Positions 35,222 to 44,209 of a DNA stretch of 56,154 nucleotides are shown here, piece by piece. The DNA is from a virus: IMG/VR virus record IMGVR_UViG_3300045988_060580, one strand, 5' to 3'. A program made the position numbers and the translations under genes. Positions within the stretch are counted from its first letter, which is position 1. Each line of letters begins with the position of its first letter. The notes beneath the pieces are model-generated. The model made no database searches. It was not told the origin of the DNA and saw nothing but the letters and a program-made list of their open reading frames with translations.

Positions 35222-35749
35222 TTAATTATTCAAATCTATCATAACAGCCATAACAGCAGGAATGGTTGTTATAGTGCCATTAGTTCCTTCAAATTCAACA
35301 TTGCCTTCAAGAAGTGTTCCGTACATTGTCACATTATCACCAACAAGCAAATTATAATCAAAATCGTCTCTATAATATGTCAAAACAACAGTATCAGCAT
35401 TATTGCCATCAACAGCTAAATAATAGCAAGCAATATATTCGCTGGATTCTTCGCCAGTATGTGTATTTCCGTCTTTATCTTCGACCTCCCCATCATATTT
35501 TAATTCTGCTACAATATTGCCTGTCAACTTGAATTCTTTATCAATATACTTATTAGGTGTACGCTTGAGCATTTCAACAGTTATATCATCAGGGTATACA
35601 CTCTTGTCTCTTGATAATAATGTTTCTTGTTCTGTCTGAACTTCATTAGTACTTTCAACATTACTATCAGAAGCACCATTCTGACACGCTACAAGGCTCA
35701 ATAAGCACATAACAAGCATAATGCTTACAATTCTCTTTTTCATAAGCAA
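35222..35749 (-). CDS. Lipoprotein (lysogenic-conversion/superinfection-exclusion candidate)
   Basis: Signal peptide with lipobox LSLVAC. Confidence 0.7.
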   Translation of the reverse strand: MLMKKRIVSIMLVMCLLSLVACQNGASDSNVESTNEVQTEQETLLSRDKSVYPDDITVEMLKRTPNKYIDKEFKLTGNIVAELKYDGEVEDKDGNTHTGEESSEYIACYYLAVDGNNADTVVLTYYRDDFDYNLLVGDNVTMYGTLLEGNVEFEGTNGTITTIPAVMAVMIDLNN

Positions 35750-35971
35750 ATCCCCTTAAATTTAATTTTACTAATCATATCACAATATGCATAATTTGTC
35801 GAATGTTGTCGAAACTTGCGATATCTTTAAGTTGATTTTTACATTATCAGTATTTATAATAATAATTGTCCGAGAGAGTTCGGACAGAATCTTCAAGTTT
35901 CGGCTAGGTGGCACTGTTTGATTGGCGTTGGCAGTGTCACCGCTGAAAACTGTTAATCTACTGGGGGTAGG

Positions 35972-36000
35972 TTGACATGTAAGAACAAATGTTCTATAAT
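35972..36000 (+). promoter_or_regulatory. Consensus promoter TTGACA-17-TATAAT
   Basis: Perfect -35 and -10 hexamers. Confidence 0.75.
35982..35995. promoter_or_regulatory. LexA (Cheo/DinR) box AGAACAAATGTTCT in the promoter spacer
   Basis: Perfect GAAC-N4-GTTC inverted repeat. Confidence 0.6.
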
Positions 36001-36044
36001 AACACCATCGCTACCAGCGTTATATCGTGCAATAAGGGGGATAT

Positions 36045-36161
36045 ATGGAGAATGAGGAATATAAACAGAAGATAATTGAACTAATCAATAAAACAGATGA
36101 TTTATGGATACTACATCAAATATATAGATTTATCTGTAACATGACAAAAGAGAGGGGATAA
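36045..36161 (+). CDS. 38-aa ORF under the LexA-box promoter (MENEEYKQKIIELINKTDDLWILHQIYRFICNMTKERG)
   Basis: RBS aaggggga. Followed by a terminator. Confidence 0.4.
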   Translation: MENEEYKQKIIELINKTDDLWILHQIYRFICNMTKERG

Positions 36162-36174
36162 CCCTCTCTTTTTT
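36150..36174. terminator. Bidirectional terminator
   Basis: Stem gagaggg/ccctctc followed by T6. Confidence 0.7.
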
Positions 36175-36538
36175 ACTTCTCGTCTAGCAATTTCTTTGCA
36201 ATAGTTTCTAAACATTCCCAATCTTTAGGTTCAAGTCTTGCCAATGCACTAACAAACTTCTTTTCAAAGCTGTCATCGTTTAATTCCATAACTTCATTAA
36301 CAAAAGCACCAATCTCTTGCTCCCTTGTCCTTGATTTAAACATCTTACCATTGCCAGTTCGCAGCCATTCTTCATTTACATTAAGAATAGAACATAAAAC
36401 TTTAATTGATTGTTCTGAAAGATTTCTATTGCCGTTTTCAACTAACGAAATGTAGTTTTTGGTAAGCCCTAGCTTTTCAGCAAATACATCTTGCGACATT
36501 TTTAATTCTTTTCGCAAGGCTTTTATCCGCTCGTTCAC
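36173..36538 (-). CDS. XRE-family HTH repressor (CI-like, no S24 peptidase domain)
   Basis: HTH segment MSQDVFAEKLGLTKNYISLVENGNRNLS. GTG start with a GGAGGTG RBS. Confidence 0.8.
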   Translation of the reverse strand: MNERIKALRKELKMSQDVFAEKLGLTKNYISLVENGNRNLSEQSIKVLCSILNVNEEWLRTGNGKMFKSRTREQEIGAFVNEVMELNDDSFEKKFVSALARLEPKDWECLETIAKKLLDEK

Positions 36539-36576
36539 ACTTCTCACCTCCTTGCATATATACAATAACATTAAAG

Positions 36577-36656
36577 TCACACAATGTCAAACTTTTTTCA
36601 TTAAAATATGTTGACAGGTATTACTGGGTATGATATTATAATCACACAAAGTCAAA
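36577..36656. promoter_or_regulatory. Lysogeny switch: two TCACACAAWGTCAAA operators flanking the rightward promoter TTGACA-17-TATTAT (36611..36639)
   Basis: Operators at 36577..36591 and 36642..36656. The -10 block ATGATATTATAAT is shared with the RHH cassettes. Confidence 0.6.
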
Positions 36657-36675
36657 TAGAAAGGAAGTGAGAACA

Positions 36676-36894
36676 ATGAGACAGGTATATGTACTTGATG
36701 AACTCGAAAGCACATATGCAGGCAAGGCTTATGCGGAATATCAGCGTTGCAACAGTCAGAAAGCTTCAGATTTAGAAAAAGAAGTTAAAAACTTAGTGGC
36801 TGAATATAATCTGACTGCTACAGTTGCTAAAGGCTTTTTAGAATATATGAAATTGGTTATTGACGGCTGTTCATGTATTCCGAAAGAGAAATAA
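36676..36894 (+). CDS. First rightward early protein (Cro position, no obvious HTH)
   Basis: RBS aaaggaag. Confidence 0.45.
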   Translation: MRQVYVLDELESTYAGKAYAEYQRCNSQKASDLEKEVKNLVAEYNLTATVAKGFLEYMKLVIDGCSCIPKEK

Positions 36895-37087
36895 CCTCAA
36901 CAGAGTGTTCGTTTAAAAGGAAATCTCCGTCTGGGATTTCTTTTGCAAGTTTAAGCATTGCAATCATTTTATCTGAATATGGATATTCTTTTCCGCAGTT
37001 AGGGCAAATGATTTTATCGGAATTAATGTCTTCATTTACAGTGTATGTGCAATGGCAAGGACAAGAAACCTTGATTTTAACGAACAT
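36857..37087 (-). CDS. Zinc-ribbon protein
   Basis: CPCHC....CPNC motifs. RBS GGAGGTG. Confidence 0.5.
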   Translation of the reverse strand: MFVKIKVSCPCHCTYTVNEDINSDKIICPNCGKEYPYSDKMIAMLKLAKEIPDGDFLLNEHSVEVISLSEYMNSRQ

Positions 37088-37146
37088 TTGAATCACCTCC
37101 TTATTATTTAATAAGGAAATTATATCACAGAAAGGAAGTGAATTGA

Positions 37147-37290
37147 ATGAGTGAAAAGGAAAAGGAAATCATCAAGAAGTTATCCGATACAATACCGAAA
37201 CTTGATGATAGCAAGAAAAATTACATTCTTGGCGTTGCCGAGGGAATGGCAATGGTAAGAGAGAGCGAAAAGACAGAAGGAAAGGAGTAA
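37147..37290 (+). CDS. Small hypothetical protein (47 aa)
   Basis: Below the track cut-off. RBS gaaaggaag. Confidence 0.35.
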   Translation: MSEKEKEIIKKLSDTIPKLDDSKKNYILGVAEGMAMVRESEKTEGKE

Positions 37291-37292
37291 GA

Positions 37293-37442
37293 ATGGAAAG
37301 AGAATTGAAAGAATTAATCCAGATTGAAAAGAAAAGAAATTCCTTGCTTGAAGAAATCAACCGGTCATTGAAGAAACTTGCAAGCAAGGAAGATAAAGAG
37401 TATCAGGGTGAAGTTGGCAAATCAGCTTTTAATCTTGATTGA
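37293..37442 (+). CDS. Small coiled-coil protein (49 aa)
   Basis: RBS aaaggag. Confidence 0.35.
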   Translation: MERELKELIQIEKKRNSLLEEINRSLKKLASKEDKEYQGEVGKSAFNLD

Positions 37443-37653
37443 GCCAGTTATGGTAATGTTCCAACATTTCCATAATACCAATTTCAACCCACGCACGACG
37501 AATAAACTCGTGTTCTTCAGCAATGTCAGCAAAGTTTTGTTTTTCAGTAGCAGACATTACTTTCTGATGAATTGAAGAATGAATTTCATCGCCATTAGAG
37601 CTTACAAAAGCTTTGAAATCTTCAAAATTTTTCACAATCTCACCTCTTTTCAT
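37429..37653 (-). CDS. Hypothetical protein
   Basis: 74-aa ORF. Confidence 0.5.
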   Translation of the reverse strand: MKRGEIVKNFEDFKAFVSSNGDEIHSSIHQKVMSATEKQNFADIAEEHEFIRRAWVEIGIMEMLEHYHNWLNQD

Positions 37654-37697
37654 AAAAGATAAGAGGATTATAGCACAAATGGATTAGAATTTTTGAT

Positions 37698-37724
37698 ATT
37701 GATGCAATAGAAAAGTGATGGTAG
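37698..37724. repeat. 27-bp inverted repeat, left arm
   Basis: attgatgcaatagaaaagtgatggtag is 26/27 complementary to 37828..37854. Confidence 0.85.
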
Positions 37725-37827
37725 CGGTAAATAGTTACAAACTTTTATTCAAACATCATTAGTTCTTTTTGACAGGGATAGCGCCCTGTTCGTATCAAGT
37801 GTGAATTACCTACCGATTGGAAAGTGT

Positions 37828-37854
37828 CTACCATCACTTTTCTATTGTATCAAT
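37828..37854. repeat. 27-bp inverted repeat, right arm
   Basis: Sequence ctaccatcacttttctattgtatcaat. Confidence 0.85.
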
Positions 37855-37958
37855 AAATATAAAGTTCTACAAGTTACAGCAGATAGGAATGAGCAGAATC
37901 ACTCAAATGCACCTTAAAAGGTCAAAATATATCACACATTATTTAGAAAGGAATGTTT

Positions 37959-38693
37959 ATGGAGCTACAGATTTTTAGCAATTCAGAGTTTGGAGAAATC
38001 CGAACCATTACTAAAGATGATGAACCTATGTTTTGCTTGGCTGATGTGTGCAAGGCATTGGAAATATCAAATGTAAGTCAGCTAAAAACAAGGCTTAAAG
38101 AAGATGGGGTCATTACTAATGAGGTAGGGGTACAGACAGGCATTAAAGCTGATGGCGCTCCAGCGATTCAGAAAGTAAGAATGAACTTTATCAACGAGAG
38201 CAATCTTTACAAGACAATCTTTCAGAGCCGTAAAGAAAGTGCAGAAAGATTTACAGAATGGGTTACATCAGAAGTCCTTCCATCAATTAGAAAGACAGGA
38301 AGTTACAGTAAGCCTTTGACAACATCTGAACAGATTAGATTATTGGCACAGGGCAACACAGAACTCACAGAGAGAGTTGATAAGGTTGAAGATAAGATAA
38401 CCAGTATCGAAGAAGAAACTCCGCTTTACGGCTGTGAGATTGAAGAAGTGCAGAAACATGTTAGAAAGAAAGGAATTGAAGTACTTGGCGGAAAGGACAG
38501 CAATGCGTACAAAGACGGTGGTATTCGCGGTTCAGTATATTCTGATATATACAAGCAGTTAAAACGCGAATTCGGGTGCGTGGCGACATACAAGAGTATT
38601 AAAAGAAAATACTTAGCTGATGTACACGAATTCATCGACACCTATTTGTTACCAATAGCACTTGCTGAAGTGGTGCATGATACAAACATGTAG
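37959..38693 (+). CDS. Bro-N / KilA-C-type antirepressor
   Basis: N-terminal Bro-N motif (FSNSEFGEIRTI..DDEPMFCLADVCKALE). Confidence 0.7.
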   Translation: MELQIFSNSEFGEIRTITKDDEPMFCLADVCKALEISNVSQLKTRLKEDGVITNEVGVQTGIKADGAPAIQKVRMNFINESNLYKTIFQSRKESAERFTEWVTSEVLPSIRKTGSYSKPLTTSEQIRLLAQGNTELTERVDKVEDKITSIEEETPLYGCEIEEVQKHVRKKGIEVLGGKDSNAYKDGGIRGSVYSDIYKQLKREFGCVATYKSIKRKYLADVHEFIDTYLLPIALAEVVHDTNM

Positions 38694-38701
38694 GAGAAGA
38701 T

Positions 38702-39223
38702 ATGAAAGAAAAAATAATTAACATATCCGCAACACTGGCAGGAATCAGCCTTATAGCGTTGATTCTAAGACCGGTACAACCGCAAGCTAAGATTAATCAG
38801 CAGAGTGCAGTGTTAAGTGAATGCTACAACTCACATGTTGAGTATAAGGTTGAAACTGGAGAGATAAGTGTTGATGAATATGAGTTGTCGCTTATGGCAC
38901 ATTTGCTGATGGGTGAATGCGGAGCGACATGTAACGATGATGAAATGCTATATCTTGCAGGAGCCGTTGTTTTGAACCGAGTACAAAGTGAGTATTTCCC
39001 TAACAGCATTGAAGAAGTTATCTATCAGTCAGGGCAATATCAATGTACAGAGCTTATGAACAGCGGATTCTATAAAGAACCAACAGAAAGGTGTTGGAGA
39101 ATAGCAGAAGAGTTATTAATAAGGGGATATGACATACCTAGCAATGTGTTGTATCAAGCTGAATTTAAACAAGGTAGCGGTGTTTATAAGAAAGTGCAGA
39201 ACATGTACTTTTGCTACAAGTAA
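38702..39223 (+). CDS. SleB/CwlJ-family cell-wall hydrolase with an N-terminal anchor
   Basis: Motifs LLMGECG....AGAVVLNRVQS..FPNSIEEVIYQSGQY. Confidence 0.6.
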   Translation: MKEKIINISATLAGISLIALILRPVQPQAKINQQSAVLSECYNSHVEYKVETGEISVDEYELSLMAHLLMGECGATCNDDEMLYLAGAVVLNRVQSEYFPNSIEEVIYQSGQYQCTELMNSGFYKEPTERCWRIAEELLIRGYDIPSNVLYQAEFKQGSGVYKKVQNMYFCYK

Positions 39224-39232
39224 GGAGTGTTT

Positions 39233-39529
39233 ATGGAAGCAAGGATAAGAGAAGAAATGTTCAACTTAGGTATTCTCTCTAATAAAAGAGGCTACATCTA
39301 TATAATCGAAGCTGTTAAACGCTTTGGAAATTTCACATCAATGGAAAATATTTATAACAGTATTGCTAAGGCAACAAATAGATCGCCAGCATCTATTGAA
39401 AGGTCAATCAGAACAGCCATTAAATCGGCTGACCATGATTTATCAGCATGGAAGAATTATGACTGTCTTACAGCAAGAGGGGTTATAACAACGATGTATT
39501 ACAGATGTAAGGAGAATGCCAATGAGTAG
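39233..39529 (+). CDS. Spo0A C-terminal DNA-binding-domain-like protein
   Basis: LGILSNKRGYIYIIEAV......IYNSIAKATNRSPASIERSIRTAI resembles the Spo0A_C pattern HIKGY.YLREAI...LY..IA....TT.SRVERAIRHAI. Confidence 0.55.
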   Translation: MEARIREEMFNLGILSNKRGYIYIIEAVKRFGNFTSMENIYNSIAKATNRSPASIERSIRTAIKSADHDLSAWKNYDCLTARGVITTMYYRCKENANE

Positions 39530-39674
39530 CATAAAAAGAATTATTAAGCTGAACAGAAACAGGCAGAGAGCTATAAAGGAAAAGGATTTTAGAAAGTTCT
39601 ATACTTTCAGCTGCAAAATACATCTGATTGAGAGAATGGATAAAGTACCAATAGGAAGTTACATATTAAAGTAA
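39522..39674 (+). CDS. Small basic protein (50 aa)
   Basis: Overlapping ATG. Below the track cut-off. Confidence 0.3.
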   Translation: MSSIKRIIKLNRNRQRAIKEKDFRKFYTFSCKIHLIERMDKVPIGSYILK

Positions 39675-39685
39675 GGAGAGAAAAA

Positions 39686-40342
39686 ATGGAAAATGCAATT
39701 AATAACAACAATATCACATTAGTAGGAGTAGTTGAGAAAGAGCCAGAGTACTCACATGAAGTACTTGGCGAAGGATTTTATATCTTCATGCTCAAGTGTT
39801 CAAGAACAAGTGGTAACAAAGATACATTGCCGGTAATGATATCGGACAGACTTACTGATATCAGAGAAATCAAAGTAGGACAGGTTGTCACAGTTTCAGG
39901 GCAGATAAGAAGTTTTAACAGACATATTGATGATGTGAAGAGCAAGCTGATTTTATCTGTGTTTGCGAGAGAACTTGAAATACTGGCACAGGACGCAACC
40001 GAACTACCATTTGAGGAAAATATTAATACAGTTATGCTTGACGCGCATATCTGCAAACCACCTATATACAGATGTACTCCAAAGGGCAGAGAGATTGCAG
40101 ATATCTTGGTGGCAGTAAACAGACCATATGGCAAATCAGATTACATACCATGTATAGCATGGGGAAGAAATGCGAGATTTGCAGGTGGACTTGAAGTTGG
40201 AGAACACATTCAGATCCAGGGAAGATTACAGAGCCGTGAGTACACTAAGAAGATAAGCGACAATGAGATTGAGACAAGGGTTGCTTATGAAGTATCAGTA
40301 AGCAGGATTGATTACACAGAGGAGGGTAAAGCTGATGAGTAG
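39686..40342 (+). CDS. Tandem OB-fold ssDNA-binding-like protein
   Basis: Two SSB-like halves (ITLVGVV.KEPE... and ...IAWGRNARFAG.LEVGEHIQIQGRLQSREY). Confidence 0.5.
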   Translation: MENAINNNNITLVGVVEKEPEYSHEVLGEGFYIFMLKCSRTSGNKDTLPVMISDRLTDIREIKVGQVVTVSGQIRSFNRHIDDVKSKLILSVFARELEILAQDATELPFEENINTVMLDAHICKPPIYRCTPKGREIADILVAVNRPYGKSDYIPCIAWGRNARFAGGLEVGEHIQIQGRLQSREYTKKISDNEIETRVAYEVSVSRIDYTEEGKADE

Positions 40343-40526
40343 TGATATTACAGTTAGAGATTTAGCAAGTATGGCTATTGATGAAGATGTGGTATGCCAG
40401 ATATGGACACCACAGCAGGGAACAGTTTTTAACGGTTCGTTTGAAGAAGCTAAGTATTCAGCCTATGCGGATAGGGAAGTTGATAATTTCCAAGTTGAAG
40501 ATGGCATATTTGTTATGAATATATGA
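40335..40526 (+). CDS. Hypothetical protein
   Basis: ORF with an overlapping start. Confidence 0.45.
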   Translation: MSSDITVRDLASMAIDEDVVCQIWTPQQGTVFNGSFEEAKYSAYADREVDNFQVEDGIFVMNI

Positions 40527-40545
40527 TAAGGAAAGGATATTGTTT

Positions 40546-42474
40546 ATGGAAAGAGCAGTTTTAAAAAAAGTAGTTCTTGAAAACTTTATGTGTTACGCAC
40601 ACGCAGAATTTGATTTTTATGCCATTACAAAGATTATGGCTAAGAATGGCAAGGGCAAGTCAACTATTGCCACAGCTTATTTATGGTGCTTGTTTAACTG
40701 CGATTATGAGTTAAAGGATAATCCGGTTGTAAGAAGAGAGATTGACGGAAAGTCCGTTGATGATATGGACACGGCGGTAACACTTACACTTGATGCCGAT
40801 AGCAAGGAAATTACATTGAGAAAGGTTCAGAAGCGTACATATAGCAAGGACGGCAGTTCATACAAGGACGATAACAAGTACTTTGTGAATGATGTACCTA
40901 AGACTTTAAAAGATTTCAACGCATATCTTGATGTTGATATGAATGTGTTCAAGATGTGCAGTAATGTAAATGCTTTTCTTAATCAGAAGCCGGCTGAAAT
41001 GAGAGAATACCTATTCAGCCTTGTAGGAGATGTTACAGACCTTGATATAGCTTCACAGAAAGCCGAATTAGCCGAGTTAGTTCCGTTGCTTAATAAATAT
41101 ACAGTTGAAGAATTATCTGCTATGAATAAGGCTACCAAGACCAAGATTACAAAGGATTTGCCTATTCTTGACGGACAGATTAAAGAAAAGGAAAGAGATA
41201 TTCAGCTTAAACAGGCTATTGAAGTATCTGACCTTGAATTACAGAAGAACAGCCTTAAAGAACAGATTGCTGATTGTGTAGCAAAGCAGACCGACAATGA
41301 CAAGCTGATGGCTGAATATGACAAGGCTAGTTCGGATATTCTCAATCTTAAATTTGAGCTTAGTGATATGTCACGCAAGGCTAATGAGGACAATGTTAAG
41401 GCAAGAAGAAATCTTGAATCACAGATTAGCAACCTTAATTATGTGATTATAGATAGTAAGCAGTCAGTAAGTAGTGCAGGAATTATTGTTAGTTTTGATA
41501 AGGACAAGATAGCTGAATATCAGAAAACACTTGATGATAGCAGAACCGAATGGAAAGCTGAAAAAGAGCGTGTATTTGACGAGAATAATCTTATTTGCCC
41601 TTATTGTAAACAGGAATACCCAGAGGAAAAGAAAGAGAAACTAAAGGCAGATTTTAAGGCACATAAAGAAACTGAACTTAGCAGAATTACCGATAAGGGC
41701 AACACAGCTAAGAAAATGCTTGATGAAATCAAAGGATTGTTAGTTGAAGCTGAACAGGAATTGGCTGACAGAAAGCAGAAGTTAGAGAAGCACTTGGTCA
41801 ATTTAGCAGATCTTGAAAAGCAGTTATCAGAACTTCCACAGGAGATTGATGTATCAGCCACCGAGGAATACAAGGCACTTGAACAGCGGATTGCTGAAAG
41901 AGAAGAAGCTATGCACAAGGCTAATGATATTTCAGCGGTTAAGGCAGAATTAAAAGCACAGGAAACGGCTTTAAGACAGCAGTTAGCAGAATGTGAAAGA
42001 CAGATTGCAAAGTCCGATACAGCAGCAGATGAACAGCGACTTGAAGAATTAAAGCAGACAAGGATTGATAGCGAACAGAATAAGGCTAATGCAGAGAAAA
42101 CCCTTGATTTGCTTGATGAATTAGACAAGGCGAAGAACGAAGCCTTGACAGAAGCGGTAAACAGCCATTTTGGGTTAGTTAAGTGGCAGTTGTTTACTTA
42201 TACAAAGTCTGGTGGTTACAAGAGCTGTTGCATACCTACAGTTGAAGGAAAAAGCATTTTAACAACTATGAGCAACAAGGGCAACAGGATTTTAGGCAGA
42301 GTAGATATTTGCAACTCTATTCAGAAGATTAGTGACATATCAGTGCCTATTGTTTTAGATGATTCTGAAAGCCTTAGTACAGATAATCAGAAGAAAGTTG
42401 CTGAAATGGTAGATAGTCAGTTGATTATGCTGATTGTTAATGATAGTGAGAAATTAGAGATTATGGAGGGATAA
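40546..42474 (+). CDS. SbcC/Rad50-like AAA ATPase with coiled coil and CxxC zinc hook
   Basis: P-loop AKNGKGKST, a long coiled coil and a CPYC hook. Confidence 0.7.
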   Translation: MERAVLKKVVLENFMCYAHAEFDFYAITKIMAKNGKGKSTIATAYLWCLFNCDYELKDNPVVRREIDGKSVDDMDTAVTLTLDADSKEITLRKVQKRTYSKDGSSYKDDNKYFVNDVPKTLKDFNAYLDVDMNVFKMCSNVNAFLNQKPAEMREYLFSLVGDVTDLDIASQKAELAELVPLLNKYTVEELSAMNKATKTKITKDLPILDGQIKEKERDIQLKQAIEVSDLELQKNSLKEQIADCVAKQTDNDKLMAEYDKASSDILNLKFELSDMSRKANEDNVKARRNLESQISNLNYVIIDSKQSVSSAGIIVSFDKDKIAEYQKTLDDSRTEWKAEKERVFDENNLICPYCKQEYPEEKKEKLKADFKAHKETELSRITDKGNTAKKMLDEIKGLLVEAEQELADRKQKLEKHLVNLADLEKQLSELPQEIDVSATEEYKALEQRIAEREEAMHKANDISAVKAELKAQETALRQQLAECERQIAKSDTAADEQRLEELKQTRIDSEQNKANAEKTLDLLDELDKAKNEALTEAVNSHFGLVKWQLFTYTKSGGYKSCCIPTVEGKSILTTMSNKGNRILGRVDICNSIQKISDISVPIVLDDSESLSTDNQKKVAEMVDSQLIMLIVNDSEKLEIMEG

Positions 42475-42479
42475 TCACT

Positions 42480-43016
42480 ATGAATGATAGATATGTTGTA
42501 GAACGCGAATTTGAACACGCAGGATACAAATGTGTTGTCATATTTGGAAATATCGGACACAGATGCGGTTATGTCGGCATTCCAAAGAATCATCCATTAT
42601 ACGGAAAGGATTACAGCGATTACCTTGAAATCAAGAAAGCTGATGTCGGAGACAGAGAAGTAAGCGGGGTTCTTCCTTTGCTTGGTGCTTGGCTGGATGA
42701 AGATGAAAGAATCCGCATTGAAGCATATTTTCAGTGTCACGGTGGCATTACATATGCAGGCGGTGGAGAGCATTCAAGCTATCCAATCGAGAGTGATTTG
42801 TGGTGGTTTGGATTTGATTGCGGACATGCAGGAGATAAGTCGGATTTGGATTATGCGATGCAGAAGTTTCCGAGTCATAGAAAAGAGTATCAACAACGGA
42901 AAATGGTTGAAAGCAAATATCCGATTGATGATGTTATCCGCACCGAAGAATATGTTGCGGATGAGTGCAAGAAGTTAGCGGAACAGTTAAAAGAGTTTGA
43001 AGAAAGCGAGGATTAA
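42480..43016 (+). CDS. Conserved phage protein (HGGITYAG...WWFGFDCGHAGD)
   Basis: ORF in the recombination module. Confidence 0.55.
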   Translation: MNDRYVVEREFEHAGYKCVVIFGNIGHRCGYVGIPKNHPLYGKDYSDYLEIKKADVGDREVSGVLPLLGAWLDEDERIRIEAYFQCHGGITYAGGGEHSSYPIESDLWWFGFDCGHAGDKSDLDYAMQKFPSHRKEYQQRKMVESKYPIDDVIRTEEYVADECKKLAEQLKEFEESED

Positions 43017-43018
43017 TT

Positions 43019-43900
43019 ATGGCAGAGAATACAGCAGTTGCGGAAAAGAAAGAAGCTGAAAGCAGAGAGCTTGTAGCAAAAGATTTTACAGAGGGAATGG
43101 TTGTAAAAATTAAGCAGAAAGAGAAATTTGGCTTAACATTTCCTAAAGATTATAACTACACAAACGAGCTTATGTCGGCAATGCTTATCTTACAGGACAC
43201 ACAGGATATGAATAAGAAGCCTGTATTACAGAGTTGCACAAGGGCAAGTATTGAAAATGCACTTATCGAAATGGTAACAGACGGATTATCAATAAGAAAG
43301 AAGCAGTGTTACCCAGTCGCTTATGCGGGTAAATTAAGCTGTCAGCCGTCTGTTTATGGTGCAACTTGTCTTGCTAGAAGATATGGGCTTAAAGACATTA
43401 ATGCATCAGTTATTTATAAAGGGGATGTATTCAAGTACCACAAAGAGGATGCAAAGACAATTATTGATTGCCACGAACAGAGCTTTGAGAATATCGACAA
43501 TGACAAGATTGTTGGTGCTTATGCAGTAGCGATTATGGGAAATGGTGAGAAGATTGCAGAAGTTATGACTATGGTGCAGATAAAGACCGCTTGGAAACAG
43601 GGATACGGATATAAGGAGACCGGAAACGGAGTTCATCAGAAATTCGCAGACCAAATGGCTATGAAAACTGTTAAGAACAGACTTCTCAAAGCTATCAACA
43701 ATACTCATAGCGGTTTTGGTAAAGAAGATGATTACGAGGAAATCAGCCACGATGAAATGCTTGAACAGGATGTAGCTTACGATATTGAACAAAACGCAAA
43801 CGCAGTAGATTTTGACGAAAGCGACATTATCGACACCACGGCAACAGAAGCAACCGAAGAACAGGCAGACAGTACATTGCCACCATTTATGCAGGAGTAG
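43019..43900 (+). CDS. recT: RecT-family single-strand annealing protein
   Basis: Typical RecT core (SCTRASIENALIEMVTDGLS...QCYPV) and an acidic tail. Confidence 0.75.
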   Translation: MAENTAVAEKKEAESRELVAKDFTEGMVVKIKQKEKFGLTFPKDYNYTNELMSAMLILQDTQDMNKKPVLQSCTRASIENALIEMVTDGLSIRKKQCYPVAYAGKLSCQPSVYGATCLARRYGLKDINASVIYKGDVFKYHKEDAKTIIDCHEQSFENIDNDKIVGAYAVAIMGNGEKIAEVMTMVQIKTAWKQGYGYKETGNGVHQKFADQMAMKTVKNRLLKAINNTHSGFGKEDDYEEISHDEMLEQDVAYDIEQNANAVDFDESDIIDTTATEATEEQADSTLPPFMQE

Positions 43901-43903
43901 CTT

Positions 43904-44209
43904 ATGAACAATCCGTGCAGAAAGTGTGAGTTTTGCTTTATTTATAAGAACCGCCACTATCCTAATAATAGTATTTGCTTATGCTGTGATAAGCGTAAGA
44001 AGTATGAAGAATATAAGCTAAGCAAGCGAATGTTTGTGGCAGGAGATGTGATTACCACTCTTGATGAATTATTACAGCAGGAATGGGTTATGTGGCTTGG
44101 CAGAGCAAGACATATAGAAAGCATAAAAAGTCTTCAACTTAGATGCGTATTGCAGTTTATTAAAGCAGGATATTTTAAAAAAGCGGTCAGAAAGGAACTT
44201 TACGAATGA
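43904..44209 (+). CDS. Cys-rich hypothetical protein
   Basis: ORF. Confidence 0.5.
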   Translation: MNNPCRKCEFCFIYKNRHYPNNSICLCCDKRKKYEEYKLSKRMFVAGDVITTLDELLQQEWVMWLGRARHIESIKSLQLRCVLQFIKAGYFKKAVRKELYE

